A stretch of DNA of 63,920 bases, the filler included, from Ministeria vibrans ATCC 50519 (taxonomy: Eukaryota > Protista > Filasterea): assembly GCA_943704425.1 (NCBI GenBank). It is 8 parts of 8 records of this genome, joined end to end, with 100 filler letters (N's around TTAATTAATTAA, not from the genome) between each part and the next. Parts side by side here need not be neighbours in the genome. Positions count along the whole stretch, not along the records: positions 18,105 to 39,973 come from CALSCP010001813.1; 7 more parts are not named here. One strand, given 5' to 3'. Below, in pieces: positions 23,071-36,375 of this stretch (positions within the stretch are counted from its first letter, which is position 1; every line of letters begins with the position of its first letter). The notes beneath the pieces were generated by a model, which was given only the letters and a program-made list of their open reading frames with translations, made no database searches and had not been told where the DNA came from. Position numbers and translations under genes: made by a program.

Positions 23071-26000
23071 ATGGCTCCTTCTCTCGTGTGGGTAGACGGG
23101 CCCAACGGCTACCTGGTGGTCGCCGAAGTCGTCGATGCTCATGCCGGCGGACTGCGCACTCTGGCCGAGGGCATTGACATCAACGTCTCGTCCATCGACG
23201 CACTTCGCCCCGTGCCACCCTTTGTCCTGGACGGCATTGCTGACATGACGCAGCTGCCTGACTTGCACATTGGTGCTCTGCTGCAGAATTTGAGAGCGCG
23301 TTACGTCAAGGTATGCAAACGACGCGTCTTTGTGCCTGCGACGCTTGTCCGCGCTGCATGCATCCCCAGCGTGTGTACCGCATGGTCGGATGACGTCTTG
23401 TTTGTGAGCAAGAATGGCGAAAGATACTTTTTTGTCACCTTGACGTTTTTTTTTCCTTACGTATCGACGATGGATCTTCCCTCTTGCTGGCCTGCGCTGT
23501 GCTTCTGTTGTGCCTCTGGGCACTTTTAGACCAGTATTTGGCATTGTACGTCTGGTGCGGATGGGAATGGCTGCCAATTGCGGTGCTGGGCGTTCCCTCT
23601 CACTTGTGTTGAACTCCGATGCGATCGAGAAATTCGAGATCATTCCGTTTCATCATTATTGTGTCTTTGTATTGGTTCACTCGTCGGTCGTTTACGAGTT
23701 CCATCATGACGTGCTTGCTTGGCACATGTTGGTGCATCGTTGACGTCTGAGTTGTCTTTTTTATTTTCGTTTCCTGCAGAATGACATCTATACGTACACC
23801 GGCTCGATCCTGGTGTCCATCAATCCGTACACCCAACTGGACATTTACGATCTGGACACGGTTCGACGTCACCAAAAGGCGCAGTCATTTGCCGATTTGC
23901 CTCCACACATTTTTGCCGTTACGCAAGATGCGCATGCGCAACTCATGAGCAAGGGCGAGTCTCAGTGCATGTGTATCTCTGGAGAATCCGGTGCGGGCAA
24001 GACTGAGGTAACACCACGCTGTGTTTGAGAGGGAGAGAGAGAAGGAGGGGGGAAGAAACAGAGTGATGGAGAGCGACGGAGTGTGTGTGAGTGTGCTTGT
24101 GTGTGTTGTCTGTCTGTCTGTGTGTGTGTGTGCATGTGCGGGTGTGGGTGTGGATGTGTGGATGTGTGGATGTGTGTGAATGGGTGGGTGGGTGGGTAAC
24201 AGAGAGAGGGACATAGATACGGAGCGGGAAATGAAACTAGTTTTGTGTCTTCTTTCTTTGACAGGCGACCAAACTGGCCCTCAAGTTCCTTGCCGCCAGC
24301 GCCCAGAACCACTCGTCGATCAGCGAGCGCATCATTGAAACTAGTCCTATTCTCGAGTCGTTTGGGAATGCCAAGACGGTAACACGTTTTGTGTCTATAG
24401 TCGTTTCAACTGAATGCATTGTTTGGTCATTGTTTAGGTCCGCAATGACAATTCGTCGCGCTTTGGGAAGTACATTGAGTTGCAAATTGATTCGGTTGGT
24501 ACCATCCATGGTGCTATTATTTACGACTACCTGCTCGAAAAGTCGCGCGTCGTTCACCAGGGTCCCAGCGAGCGAAACTACCATGTCTTTTACGAAATGT
24601 GTGCTGGGATTCATGACATGAACGAGGTATGAGAAACCATAATTATTATAATTTATTATTATTTTTATTATTATTGGTGAGCTAATTATTGACGACTGAT
24701 TACGCCTTTATAAACAAATTATATTATAATAGTGTTACAATCATAATAATACTAACGTTTATTTTTTTGTTATTATTATTATTATTATTATTATAATTAT
24801 TTTATTTCGGGTGTTTTTGTGTGTGTAGCGCGCTGAGCTGGGCCTGATTGGAAGCGGGAACGACTCGACGGCATGCAAGGCGTTTGTCATGCTTGGATAC
24901 GGCGCTTGTCATGAGATCCATGGGAAGAAGGACAGTGAGGACTGGTTCCAATGCACGCGAGCGTTCGAGGTGATAGGCTTTAGCCAGTCGCATGTGGCGC
25001 AGCTCACGCGCGTGCTCGCGGGCATTTTGCATCTGGGCAACATTGCATTTGATGCGATTGAGGCGCAGAGTGGCATGAGTGGGAGCATCCTGCAGCGACA
25101 GTCGGCCGAAGCACACCAGACGGCGACACGTCTGCTTGGCATCCGTGGTGACCTTGCGATGGCGCTGACACATCGCACGACGACCACACGCGGCGAAGAG
25201 TTTGTGACACCATTGACACAGAACGAGGCAGAACGAGTACGTGATGCGCTTGCCAAGTCACTCTATGCGCGCATGTTTGCCTGGGTTCTACGGCGAGTCA
25301 ATGAGATTGTGTGCGAGGAGACGCGCGACTTGCACTTTGGCGTGCTCGACATCTTTGGCTTTGAGAATTTCGAGCACAACTCGTTTGAACAACTGTGCAT
25401 CAACTACGCGAACGAAACACTTCAATTGTACTTCAACGACTGCGTCTTCAAGCTCGAGCAAGAGGCGTACGCTCAGGAGGGCATCGTCTGGTCCAATGTC
25501 GAGTACGTCGACAATCGTGGCTGCCTCGAGCTCATTCATCTCAAGCCCATTGGCATTCTGCCTCTCCTTGACGAGGAGTGTAGCTTTCCAAAAGGGTCCG
25601 ATCAGGTAAAATAATATAATTATTATTGTTCGTATGTTTTATAATTATTTTCTTATTGTTCTTATTTCATAATGATAATATAATTATAATTATTATTATA
25701 ATAATTATAATAATAATAATAATAATAGTAATAATATTTTTATTGAGCATGAGAATATATATGGAAGAGTATCCCTCAACGTAATATAATGTACTTCTCT
25801 CTTTTTTTACCTCAGTCGTTTGTGCAAAAGATCCGCAAGAATGTCAATGCGTACATGACAGTGCCGCGCAGTGACCGTGCAATGACGTTCAACGTGCGTC
25901 ATTTTGCCGGCGAGATCTGCTATCGTGCCGAAGGGTTCCTCGAGCGGAACCGTGACACGCTGCAGGAGAATGTGATGACGCTGATGATGGGCGCCGACGG

Positions 26001-27919
26001 GAATACACTTGTGACGAGTGAGCTGTTTCCCCATCGCACCGCCTCTGGGCGTCCCAAGACGGTTGGCAAGCAGTTCCACGAGTCGCTGACGGCCCTGATT
26101 GACCGCATGCGACAGTGCCATGCTTACTTTGTGCGTTGCATCAAGCCGAATCTGCTCAAGGCGGCCTCCAATTTTAACGACCAAGTTGTGATGGACCAGT
26201 TGCGCTACACTGGCATGCTCGAGACGATTCGCATTCGTCGCGCTGGATTTCCCATTCGCATGGACTATCGGGACTTTGAGTTTCGCTACCGCGTGCTTGT
26301 GGGCTCTGGGAGCGACGCGCAGCAGAAGACCAAGCGTTTGATGGTGTCGCGCGACACGAGCGGCGACAGCTATCGTCTGGGTCACACCAAGGTGTTTTTG
26401 CGCGAGCTTGCTGAACGTGAGCTTGAGAAGGATCGGGCGCACGCCATCTTTGGCTTGGTTGCCGCGTTGCAGGCGTGGGTACGTCGCTTTTTGTGCACGC
26501 GTAAGTATGCGCGCCGCAAGGTGGCGAATCGTGAGGAACGTGAGACGGAGGAGACACGCGAGGCGGCTTTTGCGGAGATTCCGTTGGCGCCCGCCGACAT
26601 CGAGAAGGGTCACAAGATGCCCGCGGTGCAGCGCTTGGTCTACAAGATTCGTCAGCGAGAGCGCGATGTTGCCGAGCTACCCCACGGCGACTACTCGATG
26701 TTTCAGTTTGCACGCGAGCACTTCAATTTGTATGCGATTACAAGTCGCTCTCTCAACAAGGGGAGCATGTCCAAGGGCGGTTCGCCCTCACCACCGCCAC
26801 GTCGTCGACTCTCGCTGGGCAGCCTCGTTGCACCGCACAAGCTGCTCAGTCGGCAGCGTACCGCCGAGAACAAGATGTCGCCGCCGTCGCGTCGCGGTTC
26901 CGTTGTCACGTCGAACAATGTGCTTCCCGAGGAGCTCATTGCCCTCACGAGCTACTCCATGCTGCCGCTGCAAAGACCACTGTTGCGCCAGCGCATTCGC
27001 ACAGCCGAAATGATTTTCAACGACGAAGACCTCCAGCGCATGTGGCCCCTCTCCGTCAATTCCGAGATTCTGCTTATTATGGGCGAGCATGAAAGCACGG
27101 TAAGACAATGAGAAAATTACATTATTGAAAGTTGGTTTCGTTCTGACTTGTTCGAGTGGTGTTTTCAGCCTGCCATGCAGATTGATGCAATCCATCGAAT
27201 GATTGTGATGGCGGTGCAACACCCAATTGTTGTCGACGAACTCTTTTGTCAAGTGTTAAAGCAGCTCACCCGCAACACGTCCATTGTGCCAAGGGTACGT
27301 TTTTAATTAAAACAATAACAAAAAGAATAATAATAATAATAAATTAATAACAATAATACTAATAATAATAATAAATTAATAACAATAATAATAATAATAA
27401 ATATTTAATATTATTAATAATAATAAATTTTATTAATAATAATAATTATTATTAATAATTATTATTATTATTATTATTATCATAATAATATAGAGTGAAG
27501 AGAACGCGTGGATGCTGTTGCTTGCGCTTGTGACATTTCTTAAGCCGGGTGCTGAATTGGTAAGGAAACCACAATATTGTTTATATTTTCAATTTTACTG
27601 TTTCTTTGTTTGATAGTATCCGTTTCTGCGTCACTTTGTGCGCGGCACTTTTATCCGCCACTCGCAAATGTTTCTACCTATTGCTGCACTGGTAGAGCAA
27701 CATCTGGTGCGCGTGGAGCGGTGTGGGCCGAGAAAGATGCTGCCCAATCTCAGTGAGCTTGCGCAGGTGTGCTCAGGGACGTTTGTGCGCCGCACGCAGG
27801 TACATGATAAAGCATAAAAGTGAGAGAGTGGGAGAACGAAGAGCCTTCGAATAATATCGAAAAGTCTTAGTATTATAATACTAATAATATCGTTATTAAT
27901 ATTAACAATGAGCTCTTGT

Positions 27920-28001
<82 letters not shown>

Positions 28002-29569
28002 CTCTTTCTCTCTCTCTCTCTTCTCTTCTTTTTCTATATTGTTCTTTTTTGCGTAATGGGGTAGATTTTCTTTCCGGGTGACACTGTTGTCGAGAACGAA
28101 GTGAATGCAGTGACGACGGCGCAGGATGTGGTGGACGACATTTGCGATTTAATTGGGGCGTTTGATCCGCTCGAGTACGGCCTGTTTGTGCGCACGGGAA
28201 AAGGCAAGAGAAGCATGATCACTTCATTTTGATTTAATCATTCATGCTAAATGGAACTACCGTTTTTTTATAGGCAAAATGATGCCATTGCGGCCATCCG
28301 ACTACCTGATTGACGCCATCCGCACACTTGAGCTGCGCAACATCAAGTACCGACTATACTTCCGCAAAGTGCTCTGGTACTCGCCTATCTCGCTTGAGAA
28401 CGATCTTCACGTCGAGCTCCTTCAAGAGCAGGTTTGTTTGGAATGTGCAGTTTTGTGAGCTGTGTCACACTTTTTTGCTTTCTTGAATGTAGGCGATGGA
28501 GGACTACACCAAAGCGGCGCTTATTTCGTTCCAGGAGCCTCGATGGACGGAGGTTAGGGAGCGCAGAGCAGTTGTGATGCGAGAGAACTACTTTAACATT
28601 TTTTGGTGTGTGTGTGTGTGTGTGCAGGCCGACATTGTGTTTTTAGCGGCTGCGCAATTCTCGGTGTCGCCCATCTCGCGAGTGTCCCAGGTGTCGATCC
28701 ACGACATTGACGAGGACGCTCTTGTCGAATCTGTGCCCAAGTGTGTGCGCCACCTGCTGACGCCCCTCGAGTGGACCCAGCGCATTATTACCGAGGCGGA
28801 GTCGCTCGAGGCGTCGTACAAGGCCGGTAAGTGAGTGAAGGGATAGAAGAGAAAACAAAACATTATTATTATTATTATTTTATTTTTTATTCCTATTGAA
28901 TTTTTGGGATCAATCATAATTATTGTGTTTATATGATGTATATGCATGGGTGTGTACGATAGAGAGAGGAGCACTATTGTTGGTATTCATTCTGATCCAC
29001 TACCGTTGTCCTTTCTGTAGATGTTCAACGCCTCTATCTGGAGACTATTATTGATTTGTTTCCCATGTATGGCTCAAGTTTCTTTCCCGTGTCGGTACGT
29101 TACAAATGCAAGAGAAAGCTTCAACATGAGTATATTGTGCATCTGACTCGTCTTTCTTGACATGAAAAATATAATAATTCTGCAGGAGTGCTCTGATCAG
29201 CGCATTCGCGGGGGGAGGTGCTTGCTTGCCGTGGACCGAAACGGCGTGTACTTTCTGGACAAGGCAACCAAGGTGAGTGCAGTGCAGAGCTCACCCTCGC
29301 TCGACGTACTAGTTTTGTGTCACTCACTTTTACTGGTTTGTTTTGTTGACTCTCCATTTTAGGTGGTGCTTTTCTCGTACCCCTTCAATGAGATTATGTC
29401 GACGAGGCGTCTCGGGTCGTACAATGACGAGCGTCACTACGTGGATCTCAAAGTGGGCACGTTGGTGACGCAAAAGGCAATTCGCATAGAGACACCCCAT
29501 GCGCTGCTCTTCACCACGGTCATTACGCGCTACATTCAAAAACACATCCAGGCTGCTCGAGGAGAATGA
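23071..29569 (+). CDS. Unconventional myosin with IQ and a single MyTH4-FERM tail (myosin VII-like), many exons
   Basis: [58 protein letters not shown], an IQ-like LQAWVR, MyTH4 [14 protein letters not shown], and [12 protein letters not shown] / [13 protein letters not shown]. Confidence 0.95.
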
Positions 29570-30022
29570 CCTTGATTTTTCATTCATTATCAATTAGTTT
29601 ATATAGTTTTGTCTTATACAAACTTACCTCTTGTAAAAGTAATCATTCGTTAGAAATCAAAAAGCAATGTCAACACGAAACATTACAAAGCAAAAAGCAA
29701 CGCAATACTTTCCGGCGCCGTAGACTTCTAGACGAAAAAGTTACAAAAGACGACCATAGACCCACTGATACGTCTATGATAAGAAATGATAATTATGATA
29801 AGCAATAAGCAATTAATTGTTACTTACAGAATACGAATGCATACGGTACCCGCTCTGTCCCGCTGGGGTGAGTAAGATGATTCACGTCTGAGTTTTGACT
29901 TCTTTGAGTTGCTTCTAGCAATAACCGTTGAATTGGAGCTAAACTTTTCGTGCGCACATACAGATGAGTGATCAGCGAGTGAATTAATTGGATTTTGGTC
30001 ATTTTATTTTTAACGTTTGCCA

Positions 30023-33000
30023 ATGCAGACTGTCGCGCTACTCGCTTGCTGTGTGATTGCTGTGGGGGCCATCAAGACGATTCATGTTGTACCGCACAGC
30101 CACCTTGACGTGGGCTGGGTCTATCCCGTCGACGAGGTGTATGAGTCGTATGTCAAGGATGTCTTCCGCACGACAGTCGCTGCCCTCAGTGCCGATGACA
30201 GGCGCACCTTCATCTGTGTGGAGCAGGCCTTCTTTGCGCGCTGGTGGCTCAATGTACGCCAGGGCGCCCAAGTACGCCTGTCGCATGCGTGGCTCACACG
30301 GCGTGTGTCTTCGTAGGATGCGACCGACGACGACAAGACGCTTGTGCGCCGCTTCATTGACGAGCAGCGGTGGGACTTTGCCTGTGGCGGATGGGTCATG
30401 CCGGACGAGGCTGTCACCGACAGGTAGTTGCGGGGGAGGGTGCTGTGTGGGAGACAGAACGAGGGCGATGCGCTGACGGGGGTTCGTTCTTAGTGAAGCA
30501 CTGGTCGCGCAACTCACTCTCGGACACGAATTCATTCAGCGCGAATTCAATACACGCGTTCGCTTTGGCTGGCAGATTGATCCGTTTGGCGCGTCCCTCC
30601 CGGTCGCTGTGCACGCGGCCCGCGCCGGATTTGACGCGCATCTCATTTCGCGTATTCCCTATCGCGAAAAGGAACGAATGCAAAAGGAGCAAACCCTGCA
30701 ATTCGTCTGGCAGCCGCAAGACGGAGTGGAAGTGTTTACACACGTCATGGACGAGGTACACCCTACTAGTTGTGTTTTCGTCTCTTTTGAGTTTTGACTG
30801 GTTGCTTTTAACGCGTCGTTCTCCTTCTCACAGTTTTCATATTGCACACCGCAAACGCTGCCCTTCAACAAAACTGCCGAGGGATTCTATTGGGACGGCT
30901 ACGCGGTATTTCCCCGACCGGCCAACAACGACGATATTCCACACAAGAGTTTGCCTGTGACCGAGAGCAATCTTGACGGCTACACGCGTGCGCTGGTGGA
31001 TGACGCACTTGCGCGCGCGAAATGGTTCGCTGGCGATCACGTTCTGTGGCCGTGGGGCTGCGACAAGCAACACTTTAATGCCACTTACGAGTACGACGAG
31101 ATGGATAAGTTGATTGACTATGCCAATGCACACATGGCCGAAAATGTGACGGTGCTCTACTCGACACTGTCTCATTTCTTTGACGCAGTGCACGCCGAAA
31201 ACCGCACCTGGCCCACCCGCGGGCCCGTCGATTTCTTGCCTTACGACGACGCACCCTACTCACACTGGAGTGGATTTTACACGTCCCGTCCACTCATCAA
31301 ATCGCTGGCGCGTCGTGCTCAGTCCGTGTTACGCGCGAGCGATGTGCTCGCCGCCACGGCTCACTTTGCGGACACGCCCGGGCTGCCCGACGTGGCTCGA
31401 CTCGAACCGCTACGCGAGGCATCGGCATGTGCCCAGCACCACGATGCTCTGCCGGGCACCACCACCGAGCGAGTGGCGCGCATGTTCATCGAACAGCTGG
31501 GCGCCGGCATTGAAAAGGCCAACTTGTTCCTGGAGGACGCCATTGCCGCCGTGGTCACCTCTCCAGGTGACAAGCAGAAGAAGAGGACGAATGCCACTGT
31601 GGGTGTTGATGCTTCTGTTGCTGCTTTAAACGATCCCACATCCTTTGACTTGTCACTTAGCGCCTTACGCACCATGTCCCTCTCACAGGCAGTGCCCATA
31701 ACACTCACAAACTCGCTGGAGCGTCCGCGCTCGACGTGGATCCGTGCCGAGGTGTCGCGCATTGTCGCCGACTCGCTCTCCGTCTTCAATGTGTCCATGG
31801 CACCACAGCCTTGCGAGGTGATCGTGGATGAGAGCTCTCTCACTGCAACGCTCCACGTCTTTGCTGTCGATATTCCCGCTAATGGGCTCGCCACGTACTC
31901 GGTGGTGGCATCCGCTCCCGAACCAAGCAGTCGTTGCCGTGTGACCTTTACTCGGCCCACTCCACTGCCTGCTCCGCAACCGCTGAGCATTTCGAACGAC
32001 GAGTACACCCTCTCGTTTGATCAGACGACCGGCGAGCTCACGAAGGTGTCTGCTACAGCCGGCGCCAAATTCGCCGCGTCAGCGTCCCTGCACCTCTCGG
32101 CAATGACTTATGCAAGCAACACGAATGCGTCACAGGTCTTTTCGGACACGTATCGATTTCGGCCGCGCGACGAGGCGCGCGCGTTTGCGGGCGTGCGTGT
32201 CATCCAGGTCATTCATGGTAGCTATGTGTCGGGCATGCGCCTCTTCATTGCCGACCCGTCCGCCGGCGACCTGATCATTACTCACTGGCTGCGTCGCGTG
32301 CCCATCACTGCAACGCACCATTTGGTCAGTGCCGAGGACCACGTTGCGATTGCAGGCGCCATTGCCACCGAGATCCAGGTGGGACCGCTTGCGGAGAACA
32401 CCGAGGCCATTTTGCGCTTTGCGGCGCACGAGCTGACCCCAGCCAAGCTTTCGACGGACTCTAATGGCGAACAGCTGGTGCACCGTGCGGTGACTGTACG
32501 CGAGGGGGACGATCCCATTGCCGTGCACTATATGCCCTTGACCCGCAAGGCGCGTCTGGCGGCTGACGGTACACCTGCGTTGATTCTCGCCACAAGCCAG
32601 TCGCATGGAGCCGCATCTCTTGCCGCTGGTCAGATGGAAATGATGCTGCACCGTCGCATCGAGGCGGACGCAAGTCGGGATGCTCATTACAACTTGACGC
32701 TGCGCGACACGTCGGTCGCTCATGAGTACCTTGCGTTTGGTGTGTGGCGTGAGACGCGTCCTCTTGACCACAATCACTTGGCGCAGGTGATGAATGCTCC
32801 GCTTGTTCTCGCGACCGTCTCGAAGGCTATTGATAACGGAGCAGTCGAGGAGTGGTTTGCGTCACACTCGCCTGTGTTTGCGCCTCAGAAGCAGACGCCA
32901 GCAACAGGGGCACATCTTTTCTCGATGCGTTTCACTGGCAACGAAACACATCGACAGGCACTGGTGCGTTTCTCGCTGCCACTCGACGCACCAGACAGTG

Positions 33001-33224
33001 TAAACGTTGACCTTGCAACTCTTTGCGGCATGTGCGTTGTTCAGGAGCGTTCTCTCACGAACATGTGGTCTCGAGAAGAGCTTGAAATCCACCGTAGAGA
33101 GTACGTTTGGAATCGGGAAGAAAGTGCGATGGTGACGACGACGAGTTGGAGCACAATCGATGAAAACACTGTGGCACTAAAACCAGGGGATTGCCGGACG
33201 TTTGTAGTGGAACCATGCGTGTAA
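30023..33224 (+). CDS. Lysosomal/secreted alpha-mannosidase, glycoside hydrolase family 38 (MAN2B-like), 4 exons
   Basis: Signal peptide, HVVPHSHLDVGW, GGWVMPDEA, WQIDPFG (nucleophile), WSGFYTSRP, HHDALPGT, EMMLHRR. Confidence 0.95.
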
Positions 33225-33713
33225 ATAATTACGAAGAAGAAGAAAAAGAAGACATTTCCAATTTATAATCAATCATAAGGCTCTCCCAGGATGTAGTGTA
33301 TCTGGTGCCTATCGCGTCACTTGTCTGACCATCAGTCAAGCTGTCTCCGCTCCCTCTTGACGCTCTCGTAGCTTAGAAATGGTGAGCTGTTTGTGTTGTC
33401 GATTTTCATTTGTGATTGGTAATAAATTGAAATGTCATCTTCTTCTTCTTAATTGATAACATGCAATTAATCATCGACTTTTAGTTATCTTAAAGATTTC
33501 ACACAATTCGCTGTTGAAAAATTTATTTATATACTTACTCATTCTCCTTCAAGACTCTAGAGTGTATTTCTGGGTCTTTATAAGAAGGGCCTTCCATCTT
33601 GGGTTGGTCTATCGTAGGCATAAAACGTACAATTAATTGTGATGAAACTGAAAAAAATAATAATAATTATTATAGATAATGGATGTACCCAAAGTCAGAG
33701 TAAGATATTGTAC

Positions 33714-33768
33714 ACAATAAAGAGTAGCACACTACATCCTGACAATAAACAGTAGCACACTACATCCG
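33714..33768 (+). repeat. Short direct repeat, 2 copies of about 29 bp
   Basis: ACAATAAA(G/C)AGTAGCACACTACATCC occurs twice. Confidence 0.85.
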
Positions 33769-33881
33769 GAACCGCCGTAATTTCCTTTCAAATTCTTACT
33801 TATAGTATCAGCTGCTTGTCTTTTCCTTCTGTTTCTTATTCAAAGGGCCCTTGTCTGAATAAACTTCGAATACATTAAAAA

Positions 33882-33906
33882 TAGGGTTAGGGTTAGGGTT
33901 AGGGTT
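33882..33906 (+). repeat. Interstitial telomeric (TTAGGG)n tract directly abutting RT coding sequence
   Basis: TAGGGTTAGGGTTAGGGTTAGGGTT seen directly. Confidence 0.95.
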
Positions 33907-34624
33907 CCTCGGCCCTTCTGGACACAGTGGACACTCTTGTTGATTTGACGGGAACAGCGGTGGTGGCCACGTTTGACATTGCTAAGTGCTTTGACCGCAT
34001 CCGATTGCGCCCGCTCTTGTGGCGCTGGGTGTGCCAACAGCACTGGCGGTGCTTATTCGGGAGATGCACCGTGACAACCTGGCGTACGTTGAGATACCTG
34101 GGTACGACTGTGGCGCGTGTGGTGCGGAGGGCTTTCCCAAAGGTCTCTTCCGGGTGGAAACTGGGACGAGGCAGGGGTCGGTGCTGGGCCCGTTGGTGTG
34201 TGCGGCGGTGCTCAATGGAATGGTGATGAGACTTGATGAGCTGCGCATGCCAATGGAGGGAGCGAGGCAGAATGAGGACGCTGCTCGAGGTCAGACGGGT
34301 TGGGAGAGTGCTTTGCATGAGGCTGTTCCGTTGAGTGACGAGCAGCCCTGTTCACTGCGCCATCGCCTGTTGCTGGACCCGCAGTCTGCGTTTGTAGACG
34401 ATATTGCAGTGGCAGTTGCAACGGTTGAGCAGGCGCATCGAGCGGCGGAGATTGTGGGAGAGTTCACCGATGCGGTGGGTCTTAAGGTCAACGAAGCAAA
34501 ATGTGAAGCAATGGTGGTTGCGCCAAGGCATGTCTATGGTGTGGAGAACGCCGAAGGCGCGCAAGGTGTAAAACGTGCAGTTAGTGCTGAGACGCGGAAA
34601 ACGCTCATGGCGCTTGGCTGTGCT
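33907..34624 (+). mobile_element. 5'-truncated, frameshifted non-LTR retrotransposon reverse transcriptase (domains about 3-6)
   Basis: VATFDIAKCFDRI, a frameshift near 34015, then LGVP...GTRQGSVLGP...AFVDDIAV...GLKVNEAKCEAM. Confidence 0.9.
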
Positions 34625-35145
34625 NNNNNNNNNNNNNNNNNNNNNNNNNNNNNNNNNNNNNNNNNNNNNNNNNNNNNNNNNNNNNNNNNNNNNNNNNNNN
34701 NNNNNNNNNNNNNNNNNNNNNNNNNNNNNNNNNNNNNNNNNNNNNNNNNNNNNNNNNNNNNNNNNNNNNNNNNNNNNNNNNNNNNNNNNNNNNNNNNNNN
34801 NNNNNNNNNNNNNNNNNNNNNNNNNNNNNNNNNNNNNNNNNNNNNNNNNNNNNNNNNNNNNNNNNNNNNNNNNNNNNNNNNNNNNNNNNNNNNNNNNNNN
34901 NNNNNNNNNNNNNNNNNNNNNNNNNNNNNNNNNNNNNNNNNNNNNNNNNNNNNNNNNNNNNNNNNNNNNNNNNNNNNNNNNNNNNNNNNNNNNNNNNNNN
35001 NNNNNNNNNNNNNNNNNNNNNNNNNNNNNNNNNNNNNNNNNNNNNNNNNNNNNNNNNNNNNNNNNNNNNNNNNNNNNNNNNNNNNNNNNNNNNNNNNNNN
35101 NNNNNNNNNNNNNNNNNNNNNNNNNNNNNNNNNNNNNNNNNNNNN

Positions 35146-35445
35146 CGCTCCTCACGGCCTGGACATACACGTTTCGTAGGGCACCCACCCGTAGGTCCCG
35201 CAGAAACACCCGCTGCCACACAGCGCGTGCCTTGCCATACCGCTCCTTGATCCCCCGAGATTGACTGGGCGAGCCTGAGCCTGCGTGTGGGGCGCACACC
35301 CGGTTCCGGTGTGGGAGCCGTGAATGAGCCGTTGATACAGAGGCCAAGCAAGGTACTTGAAACCCTTTTGGTCGTCGACTCGCCTGAGCGCCCCGCCGTT
35401 GTATCGCACTGGGTCTCGCACCAGGTCAACCGGGTGTCTGCCTAT
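35146..35445 (-). mobile_element. Non-LTR RT C-terminal/thumb fragment, opposite orientation, degenerate
   Basis: Minus-strand GFKYL(A/LG) and, after frameshifts, GIKERYGKARAVWQRVFLRDLRVGALRNVYVQAVRS. Confidence 0.7.
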
Positions 35446-36375
35446 CTGTTAGAAGAAGAAGAACACATTTCAAATTTATAATCAATCACAAACGAAAAAT
35501 ATGATTATAAATTTTAAGAAGAAGAATACCAATTTGATCAAAATAATTGTATTCTTCTTCTTCTAGTTTCTACCACTTTATTTATACCCAAATAGCCTAC
35601 ACAGTAATCTAGAGGCCTAGAAGCGAGGTAAATGCATACAAGCCTACACTCTTCACGCCATTTCTGTGCAAAAACGTTTTTCGAAGCGTTCCGCGGATTT
35701 CTCACCCTTAAAACGGTCTTTTGCGTTATGTGACAACAAAGTTCTTGCAATTGTTTATCGCTCTCTCTCTGCGGGGTGGGTGTATGGGTATTAGTAGATC
35801 AGTCTCCCATGAGTACCGGCTTCTCGCTTATTGTGGGGTGGGTTCTGCCCGTGACGTTTATGAGAAAAATTCCAGCAGTGCGTTCCGGCTGCTTTGCCGT
35901 GGAAATGGGTCAGCAGAGAGTGGTGGTGTTGGGGACTTGGGGTTGATGGAATGACCTTCACCATGCATGCATTCAACGCGTCGATTTCGATTTTTTTTGC
36001 ATTGCCTTTTCGATCAACCGAATTTGAAGTTAGATGTGGTGTATGAGGAGGAGTCTGGAGGCTAGGAGGGCCTCGAGGGTTGGTGTGTTCAGTTGCGCCG
36101 TTGCGGGGATTGGTGATGTGTGAGGCGGTCGGGATCTAATGTCTCATGACGATGATAACAAAAACGAAACAAAACAGCCGAACACAAATATTGCTTGTAA
36201 ACGAAATCGCTGGCGTATTTCCGCATACCTTATTCTGCGTACAGGGGTTGTGTGTGTTCTTTTTCGGGGGGGTCTGCAATATGTAGCGGGGGCGGGGATC
36301 TAGTGAGTGCCGTTCTCGTTTTTTTTTTTCGTGGACCGAAACATTCGCTCTGTTCGCTAATATATACATCAGGGC

